DNA from: Octopus vulgaris | Taxonomy: Eukaryota | Direction of reading: 5' to 3' | Assembly: GCA_951406725.2 (NCBI GenBank) | Contig: OX597821.1 | Coordinates: forward strand, 76,446,001 to 76,510,000 | Length of the DNA stretch: 64,000 bases | In this document: positions 52,950-64,000 of the stretch, piece after piece | How the letters are laid out: every line of letters starts with the position of its first letter | Numbering within the stretch: the stretch's first letter is position 1 | The notes under the pieces: generated by a model | Seen by the model: only the letters and a program-made list of their open reading frames with translations | What the model was told of the DNA's origin: nothing | Databases searched by the model: none | Program-made: the position numbers and the translations under genes

Positions 52950-53082
52950 ATTAGAGCTTGGCACCTCTTGATGCAACTATCTCCATTCATACACATTGCA
53001 TGACTGCACTACCGCAGTCTTCTCTCTTGCATGCTGCGTATGATGCCTCCTGTACCCAGTTTTTCTCTCAAATCACTTACAA
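52950..53082 (-). mobile_element. RTE ORF fragment
   Basis: SDLREKLG..IRSMQERRLR, homologous to the RTE C-terminal region at 3930-4000. Confidence 0.7.
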
Positions 53083-53107
53083 TCTGTTGTATAGGGACAA
53101 AGACGTT

Positions 53108-53211
53108 GTTATTAATATTATTATTATTATTATTATTCAGGTCACTGCCTGGTATTGAACTCGGAATCTTGGGCTTAGTAGCCCGCACTCTTAACAACTA
53201 CACCATATGCC
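53108..53211 (-). mobile_element. tRNA-derived head and (AAT)n of the 10110-10514 element family, 3'-truncated
   Basis: GGCATATGGTGTAGTTGTTAAGAGTGCGGGCTACTAAGCCCAAGATTCCGAGTTCAATACCAGGCAGTGACCTGAATAATAAT matches 10266-10350. Confidence 0.75.
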
Positions 53212-54050
53212 TGTGGCTCCAGCAGCCAGCACCAGCTAGTTGTCATTTGACACTGTCTAAACTTCAACTGACCAATTTAGGGGAAGGGCACATAATCTTA
53301 GCCTGCACCCTCTCTAAACCTGCCTTCCAACAGTGTCATGTTAGTTTCAGTTCCAGCAGCCAGAGCCAACCAACTGTTTGGTGGAACAAGCCTTCAAACC
53401 AGGAGGAGGGGGTACCATGAAGGAGACCACTAACTGTCAATTAGTGATGCTACTTAAGTGTCAGCTAGTCTTTATTAGAAACTTTTATTATCATTGAGGG
53501 TGTTGGGTTGCAGTTTGCAAAGGGCTCAGCAAAATGCCTCCTGCTATATAATTCTATCCTTTTAGTTTCAGCGTTTAAATCTCACCATGGTAGACTTTGT
53601 CTTTCATCCTTCCAGGGTCAATAAAATAGGTCCCACCTGTTAAGTATTTAACAGGCAGGACCCCGCTGCAAGTTAAATCAACTGTCCTTTGTCATTCTGT
53701 TTCATCATCATCGTTTAACGTCCACTTCCCATGCTGGCATGGGTTGGACGGTTTGACTGGAGACTGGCAAGGCAGGAGGCTACACCAGGCCCCAATCTGA
53801 TCTGGCAGTGTTTCTACAGCTGGATGTCCTTCCTAACACCAACCACTCCGAGAGTGTAGTGGCTGCTTTTTACATACCACTGGCACAAGGGCCAGTCAGG
53901 CGGTACTGGCATCACCCATGCTTGACTGGTTCTTTTTACATGCCACCAGCATGGGACCCAGTCAGGCGGCACTGGCAACAACCACACTCAAATTGTGCTT
54001 TTTATGCGCCACTGGCACGTTTATACTTTAAAATCAATATTATTTGTTAT

Positions 54051-54262
54051 TTAACCCTTTTGTTACCGTATTTATTTTGAGGTGCTCTGTGTTTCTTTCA
54101 ATTACTTTAAATATAACAAAGAATTTAGTAAAATAACTTAGTTATCATTCTGTTAGAGTTAGGAACATAAATTGTGACTAAGGTTTGGTGGAAGATCTTA
54201 ATTCAGAACTTATGGAAACAAGACATTTGTACTGAGAGCCAGGTTGGTAACGAAAGGGTTAA
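54051..54262. mobile_element. TTAA-flanked MITE (piggyBac-like ends), about 210-230 bp. Other copies: 10845-11078, 11302-11531, 20863-21073, 51376-51604
   Basis: TTAA|CCCTTTTGTTACC...GGTAACGAAAGGG|TTAA terminal inverted repeats; the same non-coding interior in all five copies. Confidence 0.8.
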
Positions 54263-55597
54263 GTGACAGAAAGCAAAGCAAGGGAATTTGGCAGGGGTTA
54301 AAAAACCCCTAACAGTAAATGTTTTTGACATTTTGAATTCAAATCTCTCCTGAGTTGACTCTGCCTTTCATATTTCAGTGGTTGATAATATAAAGTCCAG
54401 TCAGTACTCATACTTGCCACATAAAAATCACCCATAGCACCCAGTACTCTCTATACATTGGTTGGCATTAGGAAGGGCAGCCAGCCTTAAAAAACAAGCC
54501 AAAACATATAACTGGACCCTAGTGCAACTCCCTGGCTTGTCAACGATTATCATTATTTTATTATTATTATTATTATTGCCTTTCATACTTTCATGGTTGA
54601 TAAATTAAGTACTAGTTGTGTACTGGGGTTGATATGATCAACTGTCCCCCTCCCCTCAAATTTCAGGCATTGTGCCTTTAGTAGAAATTATTAGCACTTC
54701 AGGCCAAATGCCTATTGGTATTTCATCCCTTCAGGGTCGATAAAATAAGTACTGGTTGGATATTGGGGAGGTGGGGGTCAGTGTTATCAACTACCCCACT
54801 CCTTTCCAAATTTGCTGGCCTTGTGCCAAAATTCGAAACTGCTGCTCCTGCTAGCAGAATTGGTGGCACGCCTGGCAAAAGGCTTTACTGCATTTCACCT
54901 GTCTTCATTCTAAGTTCAAGTGTCACTGAGGTCGATATTGTTTTTCATCTTTTGTGGGGTCGATAAAGCAAGTACCAGCTGAGCACAGAAGCTTGATGAT
55001 GTAACCAACTGGCCCCTTCCCTTGAAAATCGCTGGCCTTCTGCCGAAATTTGATGCCATTATTTATTGCTGTTACTGTGTTCATTCCATGACCAGCTGTT
55101 CCCATTACCAAAACCATATTTCAACTAATTATTACACCATAATCAAGCTAATTTTCACTTATTTATTTTTGTGGCTTTTTTTTTTTCCAATCAACCAACA
55201 TTTTTTGGTAGTTTTCCATCTTTTATAATTGATTTCTCTTTCTCTCTCTCTCTTACTCAGTATATATTTCCACCACCCCTGATATATTTCTCAATTGTTT
55301 TCTTTTTTGAGGGGAGGGGCCACTGTATTGTTATTTTCGTCTTATTTTAACCAGTCTGTGTTATATCATTTCCATTCTTTCCTCTCTCTCCCCCCCCGTA
55401 CGAAACATCCCCCACCCCACCCCCCATTTATTGCCACCTTTCAATTGATATTCAGCATAGAAGTGGGTGGACGAGGAGGAGGCGGAGGAGGATGTTTGGA
55501 AAAGCGTTTGATATTTACTTTAGGGGTGCTTTGCTCACCCCAGCTATTTGTTTATTTATTTTTACTTCATTTATCTATTGTTATACCACATATGTGT

Positions 55598-55727
<130 letters not shown>

Positions 55728-56665
55728 GCTGTGTTGTTTTCGTTCTGCTAATCCAATATTTCATTGTATATAAACATTATTAATTTCCTTCTGGGTGGAG
55801 AGTTTATTTCTTTCTTTGTTTATGCTTGTGTGTGTGTGTGTGTGTGTGTGTGTTTATTCAACATGAAAATCTTTTTATGTAACAGCATTTCTGAAGTAAT
55901 AGTATCTTAATAGCTTTCATCCTGCCCCTTCAGTAAAAAAGAAAAAAGAAAAAAAAAATACAAGTGCCAAAATGGTGAGATCTACCCCCAATAATAATAA
56001 TATTTATAATAATAATAACAACAACAACAACAATAATAATTTATTGCTTATCCCCCCCCCCCCCGTGTTTAGTTAAGAATGTCTAGTTTATTTATAACTA
56101 AACACAAAAATGTATAAAAAACAAACAAGACCAAACTGCCACTAGATCAAACCAAGATGGAAATGTTCCGCAGAGTCAAGAACCCTGGTGCTGGTAATAT
56201 ATTAACATTTGCCTGTATTTCTGGCTGTGAACCCTTTTGTTTTATTTCACTAAACTGTGAAACTTTGCTCCCAGTTACTGCGTCTTTATGTAAGATATGC
56301 AGATGAGGTTTCACGATTTCTTTAATACCACATTTAGATCTACCCTTTTGCTTTTAATCTTTTGTTTTTTTTTCTTTTGCGTTTGGTGATTGCCGTTGAT
56401 GATGATGTTGTTGGTGTTGTTGTTCCTTTCCACAATACATCACTCTGTTAATGTAGAAAATGAACATAGAATGCAAATGTTTATACTTACATGTGTGGGC
56501 TAGGAGTTGTTTGTCTTGCTAATGTGTTCCGAAGCTGCTTTTCCCACCTCATCTGCCCATCCGCCCACCCTCGCCAACAATTTATATTCCTTTGCAAAAA
56601 GGGGGAGAAAGAATTACAAACACACACACACACGTTCATATAGTCATATTTATACATCATCATGC

Positions 56666-56712
<47 letters not shown>

Positions 56713-57188
56713 TATATAATCATATATGTACACATATACATGCATATGTGTAAATACACACAAATATTCTATTTGTGTGTGTGTATGTGTGTGCATGTAT
56801 TCACAAATAATCACTTGGTGCTTACTCAAAGTCCCTCATTTACGTCAAAACTCTGCTAAGGTATTCAAATCACCCCACAGCTGACCCCCTTTAACACTCT
56901 CAAAAGAAAAGCAAGGATGGGTGGCAGGCGGGGGTGGGGGAAATTTCTGGTTAGAGAAATTAATCAGAAACTTAGAAATTTGAATATCTTTTGATATCAT
57001 TACTTAAGAGAAAACACCCGCATTTCACATACATCTACATACATACATACATACATATATATATATAAAGACAAATATATATATCATCATCATCATCATC
57101 ATCGTTTAGCGTCCGCTTTCCATGATGATGATGATGATGATATATATATTTGTCTTTATATATATATATGTATGTATGTATGTATGTA

Positions 57189-57237
<49 letters not shown>

Positions 57238-57822
57238 AAATATACTTACGTATGTGTATATAATCACCATTTGGAGTCTTTGTGTTGCTCGTGTAGAAGC
57301 GTTCACCCCTCTGAACTACTATAAATAACATATGAAACTTTGTTGCTGTTCGTGTTGTTGTTGTTATTGATAAAAGTCACAGGAAGTTAATGTTCTTTGG
57401 TTTTTCTGCCTTCACTTTGATTCACCTACCTTTCTTCTGCACACACACACACTCACTTGCAGATGTTTTCTTTATTCCTGATAGGTTTATGTTTTTTCAG
57501 GTTAATTTTTTTTTTATTTGTGGTACATTCTTTTGTGCAATTGCTGAACCTGCTAGAAATAGCAGCCAAGCCAATACTCCATCAGATCAATCCTAGATAT
57601 ATATATATCATCGTCACCATCATCATCATTTAATGTCCGTTTCCCATGCTGGTCTGACTTTGACGGTTTGACTGAAAACTGGCCAGCTGTAGGGCCACCC
57701 AGGTACCAGTTATCTGTTTTGGCGAGGTTTCTATGGCCTGATGCCCTTCCCTAATGCCAACCACCTCACAGAGTGTACTGGTTGCTTTTATGTTGCACCA
57801 GTCTCAAATATAGGATGATCAT

Positions 57823-58041
57823 AGTGGACCCATGTCAGTGTGAACCCACCTCAATGTGGACCCATCTCAATGTGGACTCACCTCAATGTGGACCCACCTC
57901 AATGTGGACCCACCTCAATGTGAACCTGTCTCAATGTGGACCCGTCTCAATGTGGACCCGTCTCAATGAGGACCCGTCTCAATGTGCTCCCACCTCAATG
58001 TGGACCTACCTCAATGTGGACCCGTCTCAATGTGGACCCAC
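57823..58041. repeat. 16-bp minisatellite, about 13 copies
   Basis: Unit cctcaatgtggaccca / tctcaatgtggacccg. Confidence 0.9.
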
Positions 58042-58789
58042 ATTCAGTGCAAAAGTAACGCTGCCAGTGTTTATTCCTAAATGTAGTGTACATTAGATAT
58101 TAAGTGTGAAAAAATAAATGGGGTGGTCACTGTTGGAATCTTTTTGACCATAGACCTGCAAAGCAAGGCTTAAGTGAGACTAACAGAGTAATGTTCTTAG
58201 TCTAACCGAAACTACATAACTTGACACCAGAGATGGTTGTCCAACTCATTACTTTGTCAGTAGGTACCTTTAACTGGTACTACTATGACTGTGTGGTTAA
58301 GGAGTGTGTTTCATAACCACATGGTTGCAGGTTCAGTCCCACTGTGCAGCACCTTGGGCAAGTATCTTCTGCTATCACTAACCAACCAACCAACCAACCA
58401 ATGCCTTATGAGTGAATTTGGTAAATGCAGGTATCACCACCTGTAATGCAGAATAGGGATAAATAAACAAATACAGGGGCCTAACCAGCAGCTATCAGTT
58501 TGTGCTGGTCACTGGTGAGGCCTCAGTTATTCTCAGACTCCATTCTACTGTTTACCCCCTCAAATTCAGTATAATGGCAGCCTGTCTGAGAAATGAACCC
58601 CACAAGATGGAGTGGCTGCTGCATATATACATATATATATTTCGTTTTTGGATTTGGTTTGCAAGATTCTTTATATGAGTTTGTGTGTTGAAGTATATTC
58701 TGTTGTGTCTGGGGAGAGTCATTTTCTTTTTGTGCCTTATAATATAACACACTCACCAGTAAAATTGCCTCTTATTTCTTATTTTTAGT

Positions 58790-58832
58790 TTCCTAAAATT
58801 TTCGTTGTGTCTTGCAACCTTTTCAATAGGAA
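58790..58832 (-). ncRNA. Hammerhead-like motif with U3-A8 core variant, inside an inverted Penelope-like terminus (about 58660-58900)
   Basis: TTCCTA-TTGAAAA-G-GTTG-caagaca-CAAC-GAAA-AT-T-T-TAGGAA, flanked by a perfect 36-bp inverted repeat at 58700-58735 / 58865-58900. Confidence 0.55.
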
Positions 58833-60414
58833 AATAAAAATATGAAATAATTATACATTATACAGCACAAAAAGAAAATGACTCTCCCCAGACACAACAG
58901 TATATATATATATTCTTTTATTCTTTTACTTGTTTCAGTCATTTGACCGTGGCCATGCTGGAGCACTGCCTTTAGTCGAGCAAATCAATCACAGAGCTTA
59001 TTCTTTGTAAGCCTGGTACTTATTCTATCGGTCTCTTTTGCCGAATCACTAAGTTACGGGGGCATAAACACACCAGCATCGGTTGTCAACAGACACACAA
59101 ACACACACACACACACATATATATATACGACAGGCTTCTTCCAGTTTTCATCTACCAAATCCACTCACGAGGCTTTGGGTGGCCCAAGGCTATAGTAGAA
59201 TACACTTGCCCAAAGTGGCACACAGTGGGACTGAACCCGGAGCCATGTGGTTGGGCAGCTTCTTCTTGCCACACTGCCAATGGCCTAATAATCCAAATGC
59301 ATTATCCCTGTACAGTAATTCTGGAGTATTTCAGGTTTACACCTCTCCATCTTCAAATCACACTCATGAAGGAAGTCGTCATCATCATCATCATCATCAT
59401 CATCTTTCTCCCTATCCTCTCTCTATCTATCTATGTCTTTCTCTCTCTTGCTCTCTCTGTCTGTTTGTTTATCTATCTATCTCTCTTCTTCCCTCCCCAC
59501 CCCCTGCAACAAAAGATATTCGTTTCAATTTCTGGGCAGTGGGTAAGTCTATTACATCGATCCCAATACTTATTTTATCAACCTCTAAAATATAAAAGGC
59601 AAAGTCCACCTCAGAAGAATTTGATCTCAGAACATTAAGACGGAAGAAATTCCATATAGTATTTTGCCTGGTGTGCTGACAATTCTGCAGCTTGCCGTCT
59701 TCCGGCACTGGAATATTTGCATCATATGCCTGACTGGCTCTGATACTGGTGGCACACAATAAGCACCATTCATGTGTCGGTTGTTGCCTGTGCCATCTGA
59801 CTGGCTCCCTATGCCGAGGGCACATAAAAAGCACCATCCAAACATGGTCAATGCCTGCCGTCCCTATGCCACAACTGGCTCCTGTGCCAGTAGCATGTAA
59901 AATGCACCATCCGAACGTGACTGACGCCAGTGCCGCCTGACCATAAAAAGTATCCACTACACTTTCAGAGTGGTTGGTGTGAGAAAGGACATCCAGCTGT
60001 AGAAACATTGCCAGATCAGATTGGAGCCTGGTGAGGCCTCCTGGCTTGCTAGTCCCCAGTCAACCCATCCAACCCATGCCAGCATGGAAAGCAGACATTA
60101 AACGACTACAACAACTACAATAAAGACAACCAGAATGCAGCTAAGCATTTCACTCAGCTTGCTGCCTTCAGATTTTTAAATATTATTAAAGGAAATTTGG
60201 TTAGAATATTAAGACTTGTGACGGGCTGAGTTCAATGGAATGGTAACCTTAGTTTGGAAATGAAGAGAAGATAGTGCTGATGGGTTGCAGAAAACAACAG
60301 CCTTCAACATAAACTGCATTGATTGGATTTTGGGGAATAAATTTTGCTGTTCTTTTGATTTTGTTTAACTCTTTTAAAGAAATAACCTATATCTCATTTC
60401 TTTCTTTCGTGTAG

Positions 60415-60501
60415 AATAAGACTGAAAAACGGACCAGAGTTGCAAAAGAAACTGAAAAAAGAGCAGCGCAGTACAGGTGGAAATTCCAGCGGAAGAGATA
60501 A
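60415..60501 (+). CDS. UTP11: UTP11 terminal coding exon
   Basis: Acceptor tttctttctttcgtgtag; in frame with the previous exon. Translates NKTEKRTRVAKETEKRAAQYRWKFQRKR*, matching the conserved UTP11 C-terminus (human DKTQKVKVKKETVNSPAIYKFQSRRKR*). Confidence 0.92.
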   Translation, partial: NKTEKRTRVAKETEKRAAQYRWKFQRKR

Positions 60502-60560
60502 TGGTACAGAACAGCTTCTAGAAGAACCAGATGGAAATTATTTACTCTTTTTTAGAACAT

Positions 60561-60566
60561 AATAAA
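60561..60566 (+). promoter_or_regulatory. Likely UTP11 polyadenylation signal
   Basis: AATAAA about 60 nt after the stop codon, followed by U-rich sequence. Confidence 0.55.
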
Positions 60567-61574
60567 GCATTATTTCCTATTATTATCTTTTATGTTAATC
60601 AATCAAAATTTAGTCATTGAGGAGACCATAAGTACACAGCTGCCATTCCTTGGTGTTGCTCAGTTTCCCTCTTCCTGGTTTTCCTCTCTCTCTTTTACCT
60701 GAGACTTCTTCATATGTGACCTTCTTTGCTTGAATTATACAAAGTGATTCAAAAATCGCCATACACAGGAACAATTTATCTTTTTATAAGAAACAGTTTA
60801 TAAGAACAGTTTTTTTTTATTTAACAGGCTCTATATATTTACCATTGTTTTTTTTTTATATATATTTCTTTTACTACCCACAAGGGGCTAAACATAGAGG
60901 GGACAAACAAGGACAGACAAACGGATTAAGTCAATTGCATCGCCCCCATGCAAAACTGGTACTTTATTTATCGACCCCGAAAAGAAGAAAGGCAAAGTCG
61001 ACCTCGGTGGAATTTGAACTCAGAACGTAATGGCAGATGAAATACCACTAAGCATTTCGCCCGGTGTGCTAACGTTTCTGCCAGCTCGCTGCCTTTCTAT
61101 ATGGTGACCATTGATTTTTAAGTTTTCGACCTGCCATTTCTTTCATTGTATTTTTACGTGTATTATCATCATAAACCTTTATTATTTTCTCACTATTTTA
61201 CCTTTTTGTCTTAAACCCTAGCTCACGCATGTCTTTAATTTGCAACATATTCTTTCACTCATGAAAATTTATTACACGTTCACTCAGTCTTTCGTCTCTA
61301 TCTATTGGCCTTTCTGTCTCTTAATTCCTAGCCCATGTTTGCCAGTTCGCGGTACGCCCGCACTCCCACCTCCTCCACCTGTACCGGAAGTCTCTATGTC
61401 ATCCTCCTTTGCTTGTCTCCCATGAACACCTAAAGGCCTCATGCCAACCCCACCCCTATTATATAAGGTAGTGATCATACAGTGCAAAACATGATAGTTT
61501 AGTGTAAGCAGGTTGAACTTATTAAGATCATTGTTTGCTTATAAATTCTGCCAAATGCGAGCTTTCTATTCTGG

Positions 61575-64000
61575 TACACGATGCCACTGTCCCCCGTCCC
61601 AGGGTCTCTAGGGCCCATACCTCCCACACCCTCAGGGTTGGCACTCAACGTCGGCACACTGAAAGGTAGGTCTGGTGAGATTGTTGAAATGCTTGAACGG
61701 AGATGTGTTGATATGTGCTGTATCCAAGAAGTAAGGTGGAGAGGAGGTTCTACTAGGTTCCTCACAGGCAAAGAACACAGGTACAAGATTTTCTGGGCAG
61801 GGAACACTGACGGGGTTGGGGGTGTGGGTATACTTCTTGCAGAGAAATGGGTAGATAAAGTAACTGAGGTAGTCAGTATGCGACAGAATACTTAAGATTA
61901 GATTAATGCTCCATCATGGGTTAGCAACCATTATATCAGCCAGGGCTACCCGATGGACAGAAAGACCGATTCTGTGACACCCTCTTGCAGACCACCACAT
62001 TGACGAATGACAGTGACCTTCTCTTTGTGGCTGGCGACTTCAATGGACATGTTGGACAACATGTCGGGGGCTTCCATGGCATACATGGAGGCTATGGTTT
62101 TGACTCTAGCAATGAGGAGGGAACTAGGCTGCTGGAGTTCTGTGACACAAATGATCTTATGGTTTGCAATACTAACTTCAGGAAACCTGCCAGTCACCTA
62201 GTCACCTACCGCTCTGGCAGATACACTAGTCAGATCGACTACATCCTCTCCAGAAAAAGGGAAAGATAGCTGCTTATAAATGCCAAAACCTTCCCAGGCG
62301 AAGAATGTACCCCACAACATAGACTAGTAGTTAGTGACTTCAGGATCAGGGCTTAATGGATGCCCAGAAGACGACCAACAAGAAGAAGGGTCTGGAAACT
62401 TAAAGATCCTGCAAATGGGCAGAGATTTAGAGACATATTACTCGAAGCCTTTGACGAAATAGAAGGGGATATAGCTTCACATGATATAGAAGACAACTGG
62501 AGGTTCCTACAGGACAACCTGCTAAGGGCCACCGACCAGATCTGTGGATGGTGCAAAGTCCCCTCCCGACCCAAAATAACGTGGTGGTGGAGCAATGTTG
62601 TTGACAGGGCTATTAGACAAAAGAAACAGGCTTGGAAGAACAGTGGTAGCAGGGAAGTGTATCAGACTGCCAGGAGGGAAGCTAGGAGGCAGGTTTATTT
62701 AGCTTGAGGGGAAGCAGATAAGAAAAAAATTGCCAATGTTCTGCGCCGTGAGGATGAAAGACTTGAGGTATTTCGTGTTGCAAGACAGTGTGTGAGAGAG
62801 AATCGTGATGTGGTAAGTGAGAAATGTGTTCGCATGGATGATGGTTCATTTGCGCTGAATGAGCATGCAAAGAGAGAGGTTTGGAGACACCATTATGAAA
62901 GGTTGCTGGATAAGGAAAATAAATGGGATAAAGAGAGTTTTCCAAATGTCGACCCAACAGAGGGACCAACTATCCGAGTTGACAGTTCCTTAGTAGTTAA
63001 GGCAATTAGAAGCATGAAGACAGGGAAAGCCCCAGGCCCATCAGGAATTACTGCAGAGATGCTTAAAATATCAGGCAGTGTCGGCTATAACCTAGTCACC
63101 CATATAGTTAACCAGGTGATACACGAAGGAGTCATACCCGATGACTGGTGTAGCAGTATAATAGTCAACTGCTACAAAGGTAAAGGTGACGCTTTGGATA
63201 CAAATAATAACAGAGGTATCAAGCAGTTGGATCAGGTAATGAAGGTTACGGAGAGGGTCATAGCCCAACTGATTAGGGAGAGAGTCAGCTTGGATGAGAT
63301 GCAGTTTGATTTCATGCCAGGGAAAAGCACCACTGATGCCATATTTCTGGTAAGGCAGCTGCAGGAGAAATACCTAGCCAAAGATAAGCCCCTGTACCTG
63401 GCTTTCGTTGACATGGAGAAAGCCTTTGACAGGGTCTCCCGATCCCTTATCTGGTGGTCAATGAGGAAACTAGGGATAGATGAATGGTTAGTGAGAGCTG
63501 TGCAAGCCATTTACAGGGACGCTGTAAGTAAGGTGGGGGTTGGCAACGAGTACACTGAAGAATTCAGGGTAGGCGTAGGGGTCCACCAAGGTTCAGTCCT
63601 CAGCCCCCTCCTATTTATCATAGTCATCCAGGCAATAACGGAGGAATTCAAGACAGGAAACCCCTGGGAGTTCCTATATGCTGATGACCTTGCTCTAATT
63701 GCTGAGTCACTATCAGAACTAGAGACAAAGTTTCAAGTATGGAGACAAGGATTAGAATCGAAGGGCCTTAGAGTCAACCTAGCTAAAACCAAAGTCCTAA
63801 TATGTAGGAAGGCAGGCAAACCACAAATCCCTTCAGGTAGATGGCCCTGCTCAATCTGTAGTAGAGGCATAGGTAGAAACTCTATAATATGTACCCATTG
63901 TAAGCTCTGGACACCATAAGAGGTGCAGCAATATCAAAGGGAGGCTAACTGGGAAGATAGTTTTTTTATGTGGCAGATGCTCGGGAGCAATAAACACTGA
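61575..64000 (+). mobile_element. RTE-clade LINE, decayed: APE endonuclease, reverse transcriptase and PHD-type finger; runs off the window
   Basis: APE motifs LNVGTL, CIQEVRW, GDFNGHVG and SQIDYIL; RT motifs KAPGPSGI, FVDMEKAFDRV, GVHQGSVLSPLLF and YADD (63677-63688). Premature stops (e.g. 62267-62269, 62705-62707) and frameshifts. Confidence 0.95.

Overview
AT-rich, microsatellite- and retroposon-dense eukaryotic DNA; the SINE repertoire suggests an octopus (coleoid cephalopod), which is an inference. Nearly all ORF-track entries are microsatellite or repeat artefacts. The one recognisable host gene is UTP11 (+ strand), which the ORF track missed: its last two coding exons lie at 46028-46138 and 60415-60501, separated by a 14,276-bp intron. 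No earlier exon was found, so most of the window is probably one very large intron. Mobile DNA includes a decayed RTE LINE (APE, RT and PHD-type finger; about 61575 to the end), many RTE 3' ends with (GAT)n tails, several tRNA-derived SINE families, DD37D (maT-type) transposon relics, TTAA-flanked MITEs and Penelope-like relics. The most interesting signal is a set of minimal type-I hammerhead-ribozyme motifs inside inverted Penelope-like termini. One is joined to a tRNA-derived Pol III head (10110-10514) and another carries a U3-A8 core variant (58790-58832). Several locally templated inverted duplications are also present.
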